A stretch of DNA of 64,000 nucleotides, from positions 62,001 through 126,000 of the forward strand of contig RBZT01000546.1 of the NCBI GenBank assembly GCA_003693705.1, read 5' to 3'. This stretch comes from Polymyxa betae A26-41. Lineage: Eukaryota > Protista > Endomyxa: Phytomyxea. Below are positions 39,447-51,300 of this stretch, piece after piece. Position 1 is the stretch's first letter. Every line of letters begins with the position of its first letter. The notes under the pieces were generated by a model. The model saw nothing but the letters and a program-made list of their open reading frames with translations, made no database searches and had not been told where the DNA came from. Both the position numbers and the translations under genes were made by a program.

Positions 39447-41542
39447 GATGATGATGGATACAGGACTGAGGAAGATCTGATAGAGGCACCCAGAGAGGGC
39501 CACGGGGTAACCCCATCAGCCCAACCTCTTCATTCTTTTACCAATCGGTAATCTTGTTGCTGGCTTGTAAAACAGACAATCGCTAGCTGTCTCTTAAACC
39601 GGAAGCAACGGCGATGATTTATATGATGTCATGCTTATAACATGTCCTGTCGAGAAACAAGACATGAGATACCAGATAGAGAATCCGACGCCAGCAATAG
39701 TTTGTACTAGAGCATTCACATTCTGCAAGAAATCTTGTAGCAGTGAGTGCTGACCTACCTAACCCTAATCCTTTTACACGCATCCATATGTGATAACAAT
39801 TTGCTCGTCAGGTCTGCTCTCATGCCATCCGGCTCGAGAACAAATCTCTGCACCTTCAGGCCGCAGTTGGTCATTGGCAACAGGAACTTGCTGAAAGCAG
39901 TGATAGGCAGTTTAACTGTCAGCATGATCTGCATTGAAATCGCGAGTCTGATTTGCTGCAGCGGTATACCTGAGGACAATTCAATAGGAACGATTGATAG
40001 CAACTCTGTTATTGGATAACTAAAGATTTTGGTCCGATTTTCAGTCGAGTCTAAGGCTTATAATCCACCTTCAAAATTTAATCGATCGTCTTTGCAGCGA
40101 TGTCAACTATCGAGACGCAATGCATATGAAGAGTCTCATTTCAATTTTCAAGTTGAGCCCAACAACCACTTAATCACTTCCAAAGTCATATGTTCTGCTG
40201 ACGAAAGAGAGTGGCAGCTCCATCAGTTGTTGTATCAACAGAATTTAGTTTTCGATGAGGTCACTGAGCACATAACACTGACAGCACGGAACTCGAGAGA
40301 TCTAAATCATGCAATCACAACACGCGAAGATGTTTTTTAAATTTGAACTCGAGAACCAGCTGTTGCCAAAGAAGCGTTTGGTGTCATCACGAAAACTTCA
40401 GAAAATGGTCTCATGCAAAGAACAGCGGATGCTTCTGCTAATCATATCAGGAATCTCATCAACTGCATTCCTCATATCGTTGTGTCTCATTTGCCCGAGG
40501 CATATTGAAGCGGCTGATGCGCTCTATGAATTTCAATTGCTCCCTCGAAAGCATCTCTGTGGGAAAGGTTCCAACTGATAGCTCGCCTCTGGTTGCAGAT
40601 ACGGAACTAATCCGACCATCTATCACTCAAAATTACCATGCACTTCAAGCCAACCAATGTGAACTCTCAAATGAGCGCGATCGACACCAAGTCTGCTGGT
40701 TTGCACTTTTCAGGTTTTCGACTAAAAACTGTAGGAACAATCTTTGGCCTCTTATCAAGCCTCTTTGATGTCCTCCAAATTGCGAGATGTCGCTTTGAGA
40801 TGTGAGTTGAAACGTGCCTCTGAACTGGTTGCGAAACAAGACGTGGGTTCTGAACGACATTCCACTAATTGCTAGCCGATTGTAGTTTCTGCGATAGTTG
40901 GTTTGCTTCTTTACAAGACAGATATAGATGTTGCAATCAGAAATAACTCAACAACGAACGTTCATTACTCAAATCAAGATTAGACGATCCACAAATTTGG
41001 AACACGTTAGCGACTATCAATCGGCTCTCTTGCAAATGACGAACAATAAAATTGCTGAACATTCCAAAAGCTAGAGAGCATATCTCTGAGTCGTATTAAA
41101 CAGTCTCATGTCATTACCTCTTCAGAACAAAAAACCGCAATATCGCAATTGTAGAGCTCTGAATGGCCATGGCAAAACCGACCTGATAGAATCAAGTTCC
41201 AGCATGTCCACTCTCTCATAAAATCTCTAATCGAAATCACCCAATAGCGAAGGGCCTGTTATGAGAGATCATTGTGGTCAAAGAGCAGACTGGCTCAAGG
41301 ATTATCGGCAAAAAGCAATTGTCGCACGATCCGCAATGGTGTCTGCAAGGCTACGATCCCGAAACCAGGAGTTGCTTTTGGATTAAGCAAAGTTAGACCT
41401 CAACATTTCATCACAATCTGGGTGCATTTAGGCAGGGCCACCAAACTCCGTAACTTTTTGCAATCTTTAGGACTCTATTGGACTCGAATTGAGCTTCACA
41501 ACAGTCGTATAGACCAACGATCCCTTCTGTGTCTGCTCAAAG

Positions 41543-42025
41543 ATGGTTCGTAAGCTGTGTGTTTCTCAAACCTGGGTCGCTCGCGCTAAACGGGCTTGAT
41601 AGGATAAGTTCAACCTCAATAGTCAGCTGGAGCATCTCCAGATGAAATATGTCGGGACTGGACACGCCGATCTTAGCAAACAGTAAAAGTCTTTGGAATT
41701 AGGGCTTTGAATCTGCTGAATTTGTTGCTATAGTGAGTGGCTGACCAACCAGCATCGAGATTCATATGCATCGTTTATTGGACATTCTCCGATTTCCCAA
41801 TATTTCGCCATTGCTGAAAACGAATCGATTGGCAGAATAAGATATAACTTGTTCCAGGTCAGGTTTCTCGCTCTCTGATTAACTTTATGCTGACCTTGGT
41901 TCAGAAAATGGTTGAACCTTGTGGCCCTGTATACAAACCTCCTCTGAGGACGTCAAACGACGACCCCAAACCGAAATATGTCTAAATATGCAATTAATAC
42001 ATTTTTTTAGGTGCCTACACTCTAG
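41543..42025 (+). CDS. SF3B5: splicing factor 3B subunit 5 (SF3b10); the first coding exon is only ATG; stop at 41985 or 42025 depending on a final intron; absent from the ORF track
   Basis: Spliced product MDKFNLNSQLEHLQMKYVGTGHADLSKHEWLTNQHRDSYASFIGH..AENESIGRIRYNLFQKMVEPCGP. Confidence 0.93.
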
Positions 42026-42379
42026 ACCCATTTTCCACCAAGGTTCTTAGCCTAACCATGTCTACTCTCTGCTTTGATAAGGATCAAACGAATGCGTTAA
42101 AACGAATATGTGACACAATCTTATATATTTGTTGAGATGAAATGTCTCTCAGATCTTCAGAGGTTGGCCTAAGATCTCAGCCTCATTCTCGTAATGCTAG
42201 AATTGGCAAGGCTGCTAGGACAGCACGACTAGAGTTCGTCATTTTAAATTCAAGCTTGTTCTTGACTGCGTCGATTCTGTTGCCTCCAGCCAAACAGACG
42301 ATCGGTATCTTTATCCAGATGGACAGAATGCCCAGAAAATTTCGAGTCATGATTTTGATTTCTTTTTGAGTTTAATAGA

Positions 42380-42408
42380 GGAATTGAGAAGTTAGGAATT
42401 GAGAAGTT
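42380..42408. repeat. 15-bp tandem duplication GGAATTGAGAAGTT(A), 2 copies
   Basis: ggaattgagaagtta ggaattgagaagtt is directly visible. Confidence 0.7.
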
Positions 42409-43050
42409 GTCGAAACATGATTTTTATAACATTATATCTGCATGTCAGGATGAAATTTATTCCTGGCAAATCATGGACTTCGAGTATACGAGCCGCCTGT
42501 TTGTTTCTCCAGTAATAAACCCAAAAGTATTGATGAGGCGTTTCAGAATATCGACATCCAGCAAGAATCGGTAAGAACATCGAATGCTTTGTGCCCATAT
42601 TGTTTCGACAGACGAAGAATAGACTTGATTACCAGGCGCGGACCTGCGCCTGCAGCGGGCTTGACAGTTGGCTCCCACTACCTGCTGAGCCTATCACTTG
42701 AAACATACGTACAGAGACGTCGGGAGCCGATGAACTAGAAGACAAAACCAGTCCGAGAGCAGTCTGACCTAACTACCTTCTCCTGTACATATCGCAGCTG
42801 TTACAGAAGAATTCCCTTTTCCGTTTAGCATCTACTATCTGGTCGTTGTTCGGTGGACCTGTCGTGACATGACCTTCCATCCTGACGGCCCCGGCCATCA
42901 GACTCCTGTCAAGCGGTAAGCCTGTGTTATCTCTTTGAATCATCTAGTTTGGGGAGTCGACAAAGTGTGACTCATCCAGGTGGATTGATTGGGTGCCCGA
43001 TTCGTTGTCGTTCACGTTCATTTGCTATAGTTATAGTTTTATCTAGATTT

Positions 43051-43320
43051 ATGGCCCCTGTTCTTCAGATCTATCTAAACAAATGTCGCAGCTCTCCGTT
43101 GACAAGGACATCACCGGGATCGCCTCCGCCTTCTTCTCCAGTAGTTGCTGCTTTGGCTGTTCTGGAGAATGCGATCACTCGATCCCGTTCTTTGCAGAAA
43201 GCAATCGAATCGGAGCGGTCTCCTTCACCCTATCTCATGGGGCTCGACATCGCTGCTGAATCTCAATTCCAACCATCACTAGACAAGATTGCTGAGAAAC
43301 CTGCTCCCCAAGCGTCTTGA
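43051..43320 (+). CDS. small Ser/Pro-rich hypothetical protein (89 aa)
   Basis: ATG-started ORF MAPVLQIYL..SPGSPPPSSP.. followed by an AT-rich 3' region containing AATAAA; no recognisable domain. Confidence 0.45.
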   Translation: MAPVLQIYLNKCRSSPLTRTSPGSPPPSSPVVAALAVLENAITRSRSLQKAIESERSPSPYLMGLDIAAESQFQPSLDKIAEKPAPQAS

Positions 43321-43762
43321 ATCGCCAGTCCGTGTCAATAATAAATTATAAACCGTATTTAAATCGCATGCCCGTTTTGTGTATTTTAAGCATGGGAACA
43401 GGCAGCTTTATTCCAAATGTTGTCGAAGCTAGCTGAACCAGTCGGTATCAGATTGATTTTATTACAGCTAACGACATGTGCGGGTTTCAAATGAACAAGA
43501 TATGATCAAAGAACAACGAATGTTCTCGTAAGCAGATTCACCAGTCAATCATGCAGTACGAGATTACATTATGAAGTCAGTTGGAGCGTCAAACGTTGCC
43601 TCAATATGTTGTAGTGGCAATGATAAGTGTTGATGAGCAACCAGGTGAGCAGCTTGAACTTGTTTGCACTGCTTTGTTGTGCACGAAGTGCGTGATGCCT
43701 TCATAAGGTCTCGTATCAATCTCCCAATTGTTTCTACCTGCAGTTTCTCCATCACCATCCCG

Positions 43763-44534
43763 ATGCAAGGAATCGCAAGCCGCTGGGCACCTCGTCTTCA
43801 ACGCTTCGGTTGCGCACAATTGAAGTGCTTGGCGATTAAGGAAGGAGATAAGCTCCCACAAAAGGTCGTTTTCAAAACTCGGGTCGACAAGCAATGGAAG
43901 GACCTTTCATCCGATGAAATTTTCAAGGGCAAACGCGTTGCTGTGTTTGGTCTACCTGGCGCTTGTATGTTCTATCTTAGCACTTAGCTCTCATAGCTGA
44001 TATGTCTCATCTAGTTACCCCTACCTGCTCTAGCACTCATTTGCCTCGTTACTCGGAATTGGCAGATGAACTAAAGACGGCTGGCCTTGACGACATCGTC
44101 TGTGTTGTACGTATCTGCCGATCCTCGTGAGAAAGGCATTGATCCTTAGATAGACTGTCAACGATGCCTTCGTTTGCAATGCTTGGCTGAAAGATCTGAA
44201 CGTCGACAATATCAAGTCAAACCTTCGTTAGCCTTGCCATGGCCACGTCTGAGAGTTTCTTCAGGATCTTGCCCGATGGCAACACGGAATTCACAAAAAG
44301 CATTGGTGCGCTTGTCGACAAGAGCGAAGTGGGATTCGGTCAGCGAAGCTGGAGATACAGCATGATTGTGAACGACGGCAAGGTCGAGAAGGTCTTTTGT
44401 GAGCCCGACAAGAAAGGAGACCCTTTTGAAGTGTAAGTGAGACAGAGGTCTCGATTAGTCATCTTTGACCAGAATGGATAATTAGATCTGATGCTGACAC
44501 TATGCTCAAGTACCTGAAGGGAAAATCAAAATAA
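43763..44534 (+). CDS. Prx5-type peroxiredoxin with an N-terminal targeting peptide, multi-exon
   Basis: [64 protein letters not shown]; Arg-rich leader without acidic residues. Confidence 0.93.
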
Positions 44535-44626
44535 CCCATCTTGCCAAACTGTTCCGAAATGACGAAATAAAAGTTCATTTATTACATTAGAAATTTAAAA
44601 TCGATTCATTACAATGAGAATTGGCT

Positions 44627-45085
44627 TTATTTCGCCATTGGATGAGCAGCGATATAACGGATGGCATCCTCAACGGTGTTGATTTTTTCGGCCTCCTCGT
44701 CGGTGATCTCGATATTGAACTCGTCCTCGAACGCCATAACTAACTCGACTTGATCAAGACTGTCGATGGCCAAATCATTTTGGAAGTGAACAGAGGCATT
44801 CACCTAGATTTTCTGTTTAATAAAATCTTCCAAGGGTAGTCCGGCATTGCCACCGATTTGTACCTTCGAGGCATCGATTTTGGGAAAGTTTCGGATCACT
44901 TCCAGGATACGGTCTTGAACTACGTCTTTAGGCAAAAACGTCGTCGGGCTGGATCCAGCACTAGCGACACCCCGGCACCACACGGGCGCTCCGAAACGTT
45001 GACTAACAGCAACGTGTCGAGCTGGCTTCGAGACGACGCGGTTGGCGAATCTGAGCGAGGACGCCAAACGCATCATGTTGAACAT
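44627..45085 (-). CDS. NDUFAB1: mitochondrial acyl carrier protein; intron ~44804-44863
   Basis: Presequence [13 protein letters not shown]..., then [32 protein letters not shown] (phosphopantetheine Ser) and HPMAK end. Confidence 0.95.
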
Positions 45086-45559
45086 GTTGAAATATGTATG
45101 GCGCAGTTTCCGCACCAGAAAACAGAAAGGGATCCGCCAGCAGCATCGATAAGGTTAATCGCATCAACTTTGTCATACGGCTATTCATATTGCCAAATAT
45201 CGCTGCAATTGTACAATTTGACCCCGAAAACTGAACTTCATGACTGGAATATTGTCTGTGAATTGACCATTGGAAACGGGAGTCTTGCTCGGCCAACGTG
45301 TGATACTTGTGGCCGGCGGGTTGCGCGTTCTGACTCTGGTTCCGATCGAAAGGCCGATGACACTTCCTCTAAGCTGGTTTCTGGTTACAATACGCGGCGG
45401 GCTATGTTGCTGTGAGCGTCTCTCCCTTTGTCCGAATGTGACACTTGGTCACAAATGACAGGGCACGCGTAATTCACATTCTATGTTGTTAGGCCCAGAG
45501 AGTGTCAAACGAGCCATGTTCTGATGATGCCGTCGTAGGTTCCCGTCTCTGACTCAATC

Positions 45560-46897
45560 ATGACGCTCGCATTGAAATGGACACCAATCGGGTTGTTTGT
45601 TGTTGGAAGAGTGCTGCCGACCTCGCTATTTGTCGTCGTGATTCTTCTCTGGACAGTTGCTTTAGCCTTGCTGTCGTTTGTAGAGCAAACTCCAATGCTG
45701 CCGATAGAAGAGAACGATTCGTTTCAGGAATTAGTTGTACCCTTGCCTGAAGACGTTCCCAGAAGAAGTACTTCTAAATCAGCTTATATCAAGCAAGAAT
45801 CGGATGCAACGGAGATGACCAAGTCCCCGACCGATCTATTTGCACCGCCCGAACTTGAAATCAGGGCGACTTCGTCGTATTTATCTCTGAACACTCCACT
45901 TAAAAGCAGTCAGGGGTGTCCGATAACCAAAGATTGGAACGTTCGATATAGCCACGACTTAACCATCGATGTGGATTGTTCATTTCAAAAAATCCGATTC
46001 CAGGTGGCGTCTGATTTGCATATTGAATCGATTTATAGTCATAGAGATTCGTCTCAAGACGAAATTGAGAAGAAGCTAAGATCTCTAATTGTTCCGACGG
46101 CTCCGTTTCTTATTCTTGCTGGTGATATCGGCTGTCCGGGCTCTTTTCTGGGAGAGGAATATTTCAGGCTGTTTCTAGAGATACAGTCCAAGTCCTTCAG
46201 GTATAGCTTTACTAAATCTCCCTCTTTGGTCTTATTTTCTCGTAGAAATGTTTTCTTGGTTGCTGGCAATCACGAGTATTATTCGGAAATATCGGGGGTA
46301 ACAGGGACGTATTTAACAGCCCCTGAAATCCATTCGGTTATCAAAGAAGTGGTCTCCAGCTTCAAAAATGTTCATTTTCTCGATCGTAAAGCCGCTCTGA
46401 TTGATGGCCTCCGCATTATTGGTTGCACTCTATGGACAGATGTTTCTGAGGATCGCGAAGTTCAAATTCAATCATGTATTAGCGATTATCGGCGTATTCA
46501 TGTACCAATGTATGTCGGTTCAAAGTTTCCAGGGTCCCGTCCTGTCACTGTTCAAGATACCAGAATATGGCATAAGTACGATCTAAAATTCCTTCAGAAG
46601 CAGCTGGCGCTTGCCTCAGAATTGGGACAAGACGCTGTCATTGTGACGCATCATGCTCCCGTTAAAGAAGGTACCTCCCATCCCGCTCACTGTGGCTCAG
46701 CATTGTCGTCTGCCTTCGCCAATGATCTTCTGGGTCTCATCTCCAAAAACAGCCGCAGTCTGAAAGCCTGGATTTTCGGGCACACCCACCATTGCTGCGA
46801 CTTCGACATTGATGGCGTTCGAATCTTCGCAAATCAACGCGGGTATAGCCACGATCTGGAAGCTCGATATTCCAGGACATGTATAGTCGAAGTATAA
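45560..46897 (+). CDS. calcineurin-like metallophosphoesterase with an N-terminal membrane anchor (possible in-frame 45-nt intron at 46201-46245)
   Basis: SDLHIE, AGDIG, GNHEYY, GCTLW, THHAP, GHTH and NQRGY motifs; hydrophobic N-terminus. Confidence 0.9.
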   Translation: MTLALKWTPIGLFVVGRVLPTSLFVVVILLWTVALALLSFVEQTPMLPIEENDSFQELVVPLPEDVPRRSTSKSAYIKQESDATEMTKSPTDLFAPPELEIRATSSYLSLNTPLKSSQGCPITKDWNVRYSHDLTIDVDCSFQKIRFQVASDLHIESIYSHRDSSQDEIEKKLRSLIVPTAPFLILAGDIGCPGSFLGEEYFRLFLEIQSKSFRYSFTKSPSLVLFSRRNVFLVAGNHEYYSEISGVTGTYLTAPEIHSVIKEVVSSFKNVHFLDRKAALIDGLRIIGCTLWTDVSEDREVQIQSCISDYRRIHVPMYVGSKFPGSRPVTVQDTRIWHKYDLKFLQKQLALASELGQDAVIVTHHAPVKEGTSHPAHCGSALSSAFANDLLGLISKNSRSLKAWIFGHTHHCCDFDIDGVRIFANQRGYSHDLEARYSRTCIVEV

Positions 46898-48339
46898 TCA
46901 TGACTAAATATTATGTTGCTTTGTATGATTGGCTTTTTAAAGGCTGTCTGGCAGCTGTAATCATGGTGGCGGAAAACAAGGCCAGATATTACACCGGTTC
47001 ACGACACATGATTCTTGGGTTTCCAAGCGCAAGATATAGTTTTATCAAGCTCATAAATCTAACTTTCACAACATCTTAACTGTCCAGCATCGAGCAGTGT
47101 GGTAGAATAGATCGTCTCTTTTGTCAACGCTTCCGCCGATCGCCGATTGCACTTGCAGATGACATCACTGGACGCCAATTGAGATGTGGTCGGAATGAAT
47201 CGTGCGGGCCTTCACGCCCGAGCCTGCCAAACGTCTGGCTTCAGACCTGGTTACTGCGGACCAGCAATCAAAAGCATGGTTGATGGGAGCCCGTGTTCTG
47301 ATCATATCATCGGCTATCCATCGCCCTGCGATCTGTCAAATTTTGGAGCGTCGCTTTCGCTCAATCTGCGAGACGTTGCTCAACGATCGCCTCATTCTGA
47401 AGGCACCGCGGAGTATCCTGGAAAGCAGACTGCCATTTACCAGGCTTCAAGACACAGCATGGGGACGTTGCAGCACAAGATCCACTTGTGACGACACAGA
47501 CAGGCGAGTTGGTCTCTGCCATGGCGTTGCTGCTTAATCCACCTCCAATATTACAGACGCAGCTTCAACCGGCGCCATCGGTAATTCCGGACCTATAGCT
47601 AGTGATCGTCGTCAATACTGACAGCGACGCTACATCGTTGCAAACAGGATAGCATTGTTAATACCGCACCATGGCGCGGCTACCGCATTTATGCTGCACG
47701 ATCTTGGTAAGGGATCGTTCCAAGATCGGATGCGCTTCAACAGCACCGTCATCCCTCTGAATCAGCATGGGGTCACGTTCTCCCAGGGCCAGTATTACCG
47801 GGTCCGCCGAAACAAATCGATTGCGGTGGCAGTCGACCCGGACCGAGCCACGTGGATTCTGGAGTTCCAATCGGATCATCGATTTGTAAATCTTTGCCAA
47901 TGACTGCCGCCATCAGCAACATATTTAGCTGATCTGAGGAGCCGGATTGAGATGCTTTGTTCGATTGCTGTTAGGAAGGTGCTAGCTTGACCGGAAGCCT
48001 GACTGCTATACCTGATGCTATTGAACGATACAATCATATCTACAAATTCAAGAAACAGCTCTGCCCAATCGTCTACAAATGATAATACAATCGATACCGT
48101 GAATTCAGACGGTTTCAATTCGTTCCCGGAACTGATCAGCAGGCTCATCATGGACTCGACAGTCTTAGCGGTTCTGAGTCGGTTTGTTCCAGGCAACGCT
48201 CGACAAGGAAATGGCTGTAGTTGGTATCATGTTGATGTAAGCACTACCGGTAGTCTCTGCACTATGATCAGTTTGATGGGAGTCGAGTTCGAACTTGGAA
48301 TAAAATTGTGCGGTGCCCCTTATCAGTCCTCATGCTACA

Positions 48340-51300
48340 ATGATGAAGTCTACATTAGATCGATTCTTGACAATCGATCAACCACTTTCATCTCTGCTTG
48401 ATGCTGCTAGACCCTTCTTGCAGAACCAGGAGAAGACCGCTGCTGTGGCGGCCGCCCTCATCCAGAAATGTGCCGCTCTGCTGTCGGCCGATGAATGCCA
48501 GGACGCCGTCGCCATCATTCGCATGATCGGGTATTATGGCCTGCCGAATCTTGAGACTGTCTTGTTGCTGTTCGACTTGGCGCTCAACTTTGATAAAGCT
48601 GCCATTCCCGTGATCGAGCACATGCCGGCGCTCTGCGATAAATCTAGTGTGGAGATCGCCATGACGAAGTTCCAATCATTACTACAAGATGATCGCTCAC
48701 GTCTCGTTCCAGTTCTCGCTTCTGTCGCTATGCTTCCTCTAACACCATCGTTGCAAATCACTGCCCGAAAGATGACATTGCAGGCGTTGGAAATCGTCTC
48801 GATATCTGACATGCCAGCTGTGTGTCGGGCTTTGCTGCTGGCCGGTACGACAAAATCATTGATTATCGACGTTATTGCTGCAATACGCCAACAAACATCT
48901 TCTATCCATACGGATGTTGTGTTCCCCCTTGTTCAAGTCGTTAGCCAGCATTGTCGTTCGTCGACGCGAACAGTGAAACTCTTTCTATCAGCTTTTGCTG
49001 GTGACAGCCAGCTCTCTCCTTTTGACATGTTTCTGATTCTCTCTCTCTTGATGGTCCGTCGTTATCGAGCCTCGACTCTGGATGTCCTCAGGCAGAGGAT
49101 CTCGAATTCAAACACTGCTGACCGCCTCCTAAACCTGTTCAGAACATGCCCTGATACTTGTCAGTCTTTGGCCAATTCATTTGTCTGCCTCGGGCATTTG
49201 CTGCTACATTCTCCTCCTGTCTCCAAACTGACAACCAGCCTTGCTGGCAGAATTCTTCGACAATCGTTTCAGTCCTTTCCTGGTGCTCGATTAGAAATTG
49301 CTCGATTTCTGCTTTCGTCGTTAGCATCATCATGCGATATTCAATCAACGAGAGCAGCAAGCCGAACGCTGCTTGATCTGGCCGTGTTCTGTCCTGTTGA
49401 AATTGACGCTTTCAATCATCATGTTATTGAGGCACTTTATCACACACCGTATTTTAGCAGTGAAGTTCTGCACTTTCTCAGTCTTGTGATTGCATCGCTG
49501 GTTTCATTCAATCCAACGCTGATCTCCAACTGTCTAGTTGTTTGCCAAAAAAATATTCTATCAGAAAATGATGACCAAGTAGGCTTAAGCTCTTTTTATT
49601 CTGTAAATAGAACTCAAAGTTCGTTCTGTAGAAAAGGGTCGGATACATTCTCTCTTCTCATTTAGTGAAGTCAGGGAAATTGAATGATTCCGATCGTGAC
49701 GATATTATGATTTGGTTGGAAATGTTTCCGTCTGTCTTGATTTGACGACTCACGTGTTCTCCAGGGCGATACGGGCCGATTCTCAGAGACCAAACAGTGA
49801 CCTTTCTTCAATGTAAAAACTACTCAAGCTCTGTTTTGATGGCATCGTGACTTGCAACATTAGGTGGTTTTTGGATTTTCTCGTACATACTGTCGATACT
49901 CTAACAGAAGATGAAGTTGAGCATATCCTGAACGTGCATTTATACCCGCAGTTTCGCTTGATTTTGAAAGAAAACGTGACGTTTTGTGGAATTTTTGAGA
50001 TTTTGCTGAAATTTTTTAGGGACAACCTATCACTTCAGATGGGTTCAGTCTAACTTCAAGCTCACTGCTCATTCAGAGTATCGCTGCTTTATGCTCGAGA
50101 GTTTCCAGCCCTATCCCGATCACAGATTTTTTGAAGGAATATTCCGATCCGACGCTCCACTTGCTGAGTTTAGCAATGATTATGGAGAATCAGCCAACAT
50201 CCGACTTCGCTCTATCGTTCGTAGGCATCCCCTTTCGTTGCGTGTCTGTCGTAAATGACTTATCAGTGCCATCCCGTTCTGTCTGGAATTGTTCGATGTT
50301 ATCAACAAAGATTCAACAGAATCTCCATTCCGTCATGGTGTTCCATTAACCATATCGACGTGTACTGAAGGTCTAGTGTCGCAAAAGTTATCTTTATCGC
50401 CGCGCCAGCAATTGGAGCTCCTATACAGGATATACACCATTCAAACTTTTCCAGGTTGGTTTCGCCTCCCACACTGTTTCTGTGTCGTAATCGCCAAACA
50501 GAAGCGTTGTATTTCAAGCCATTCGTACAATCGAACTCTATCACGAGTTTCATGCCTGCCTCTTGTACCAAGACTATAGCAACTTCCACTGTCAATATCT
50601 CCAAATGGATCGTTTCGCAGCTGACTGCTTGGCACTCGTCCGAGCCTTTGAGATTTTGTTTGGGCCTGAAGATACTTTTAATATTGCTGGAGCGTTCCGA
50701 TAGAGATGCTACTGTGGGGCAGCTGTTCAATGTGAGCTTCTCATGATTGTCACAAAGTAATCAGATTGTAATGGTGAATTAGCGCGATGTGTCCACGCCA
50801 AGTGTGAGAAAAGAGACACTACTCCATGCATATTCGTTCTTTCTTCGACTTTTTGAATTATGTGAGCTTGACGGAATTGCTATTGTGATTTCTTAAATCG
50901 TATTGTCCAGGTTCAGAATCTTGCTCGTTCTTTACAGTTCTGTCAATCCTTCAAAAGTTAGCTCGGATTGTCTCTAAATCTCATGAATTGGGATCAACTT
51001 GCTTCAAGGTATATTATGCGAAAGCCCTTTGTATACAAAAGGTTTTATTTGACTGTTTAGTTGGCTAAAACCATCCTGCTTAAACATTCTGACGATCCGA
51101 AACTTTCTGGTTTCGTGAACCCTGTCTCGATCACTGTATTAGCTCCCGAATCCTTTCTTTCGGGTTCCTCTAGAATTTTCTTGGAGAATCGCCGCCATTT
51201 GCTGAACTTGCCGAGCAAAATGAAGTATATTGTCCTTTGATGCATTAGATCGCATTTTGAATATTGACTTAGGTCGGGAGATTCTTCAAGAGACTTCGTA

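Noticed and set aside
44858-45415. 185-aa plus-strand ORF
   Set aside because: Antisense shadow of the acyl carrier protein gene, with a non-ATG start.
48100-48155. Box C/D snoRNA (minus strand ATGATGA...CTGA)
   Set aside because: Only ~47 nt, no terminal stem, and no rRNA complementarity that I can recognise.
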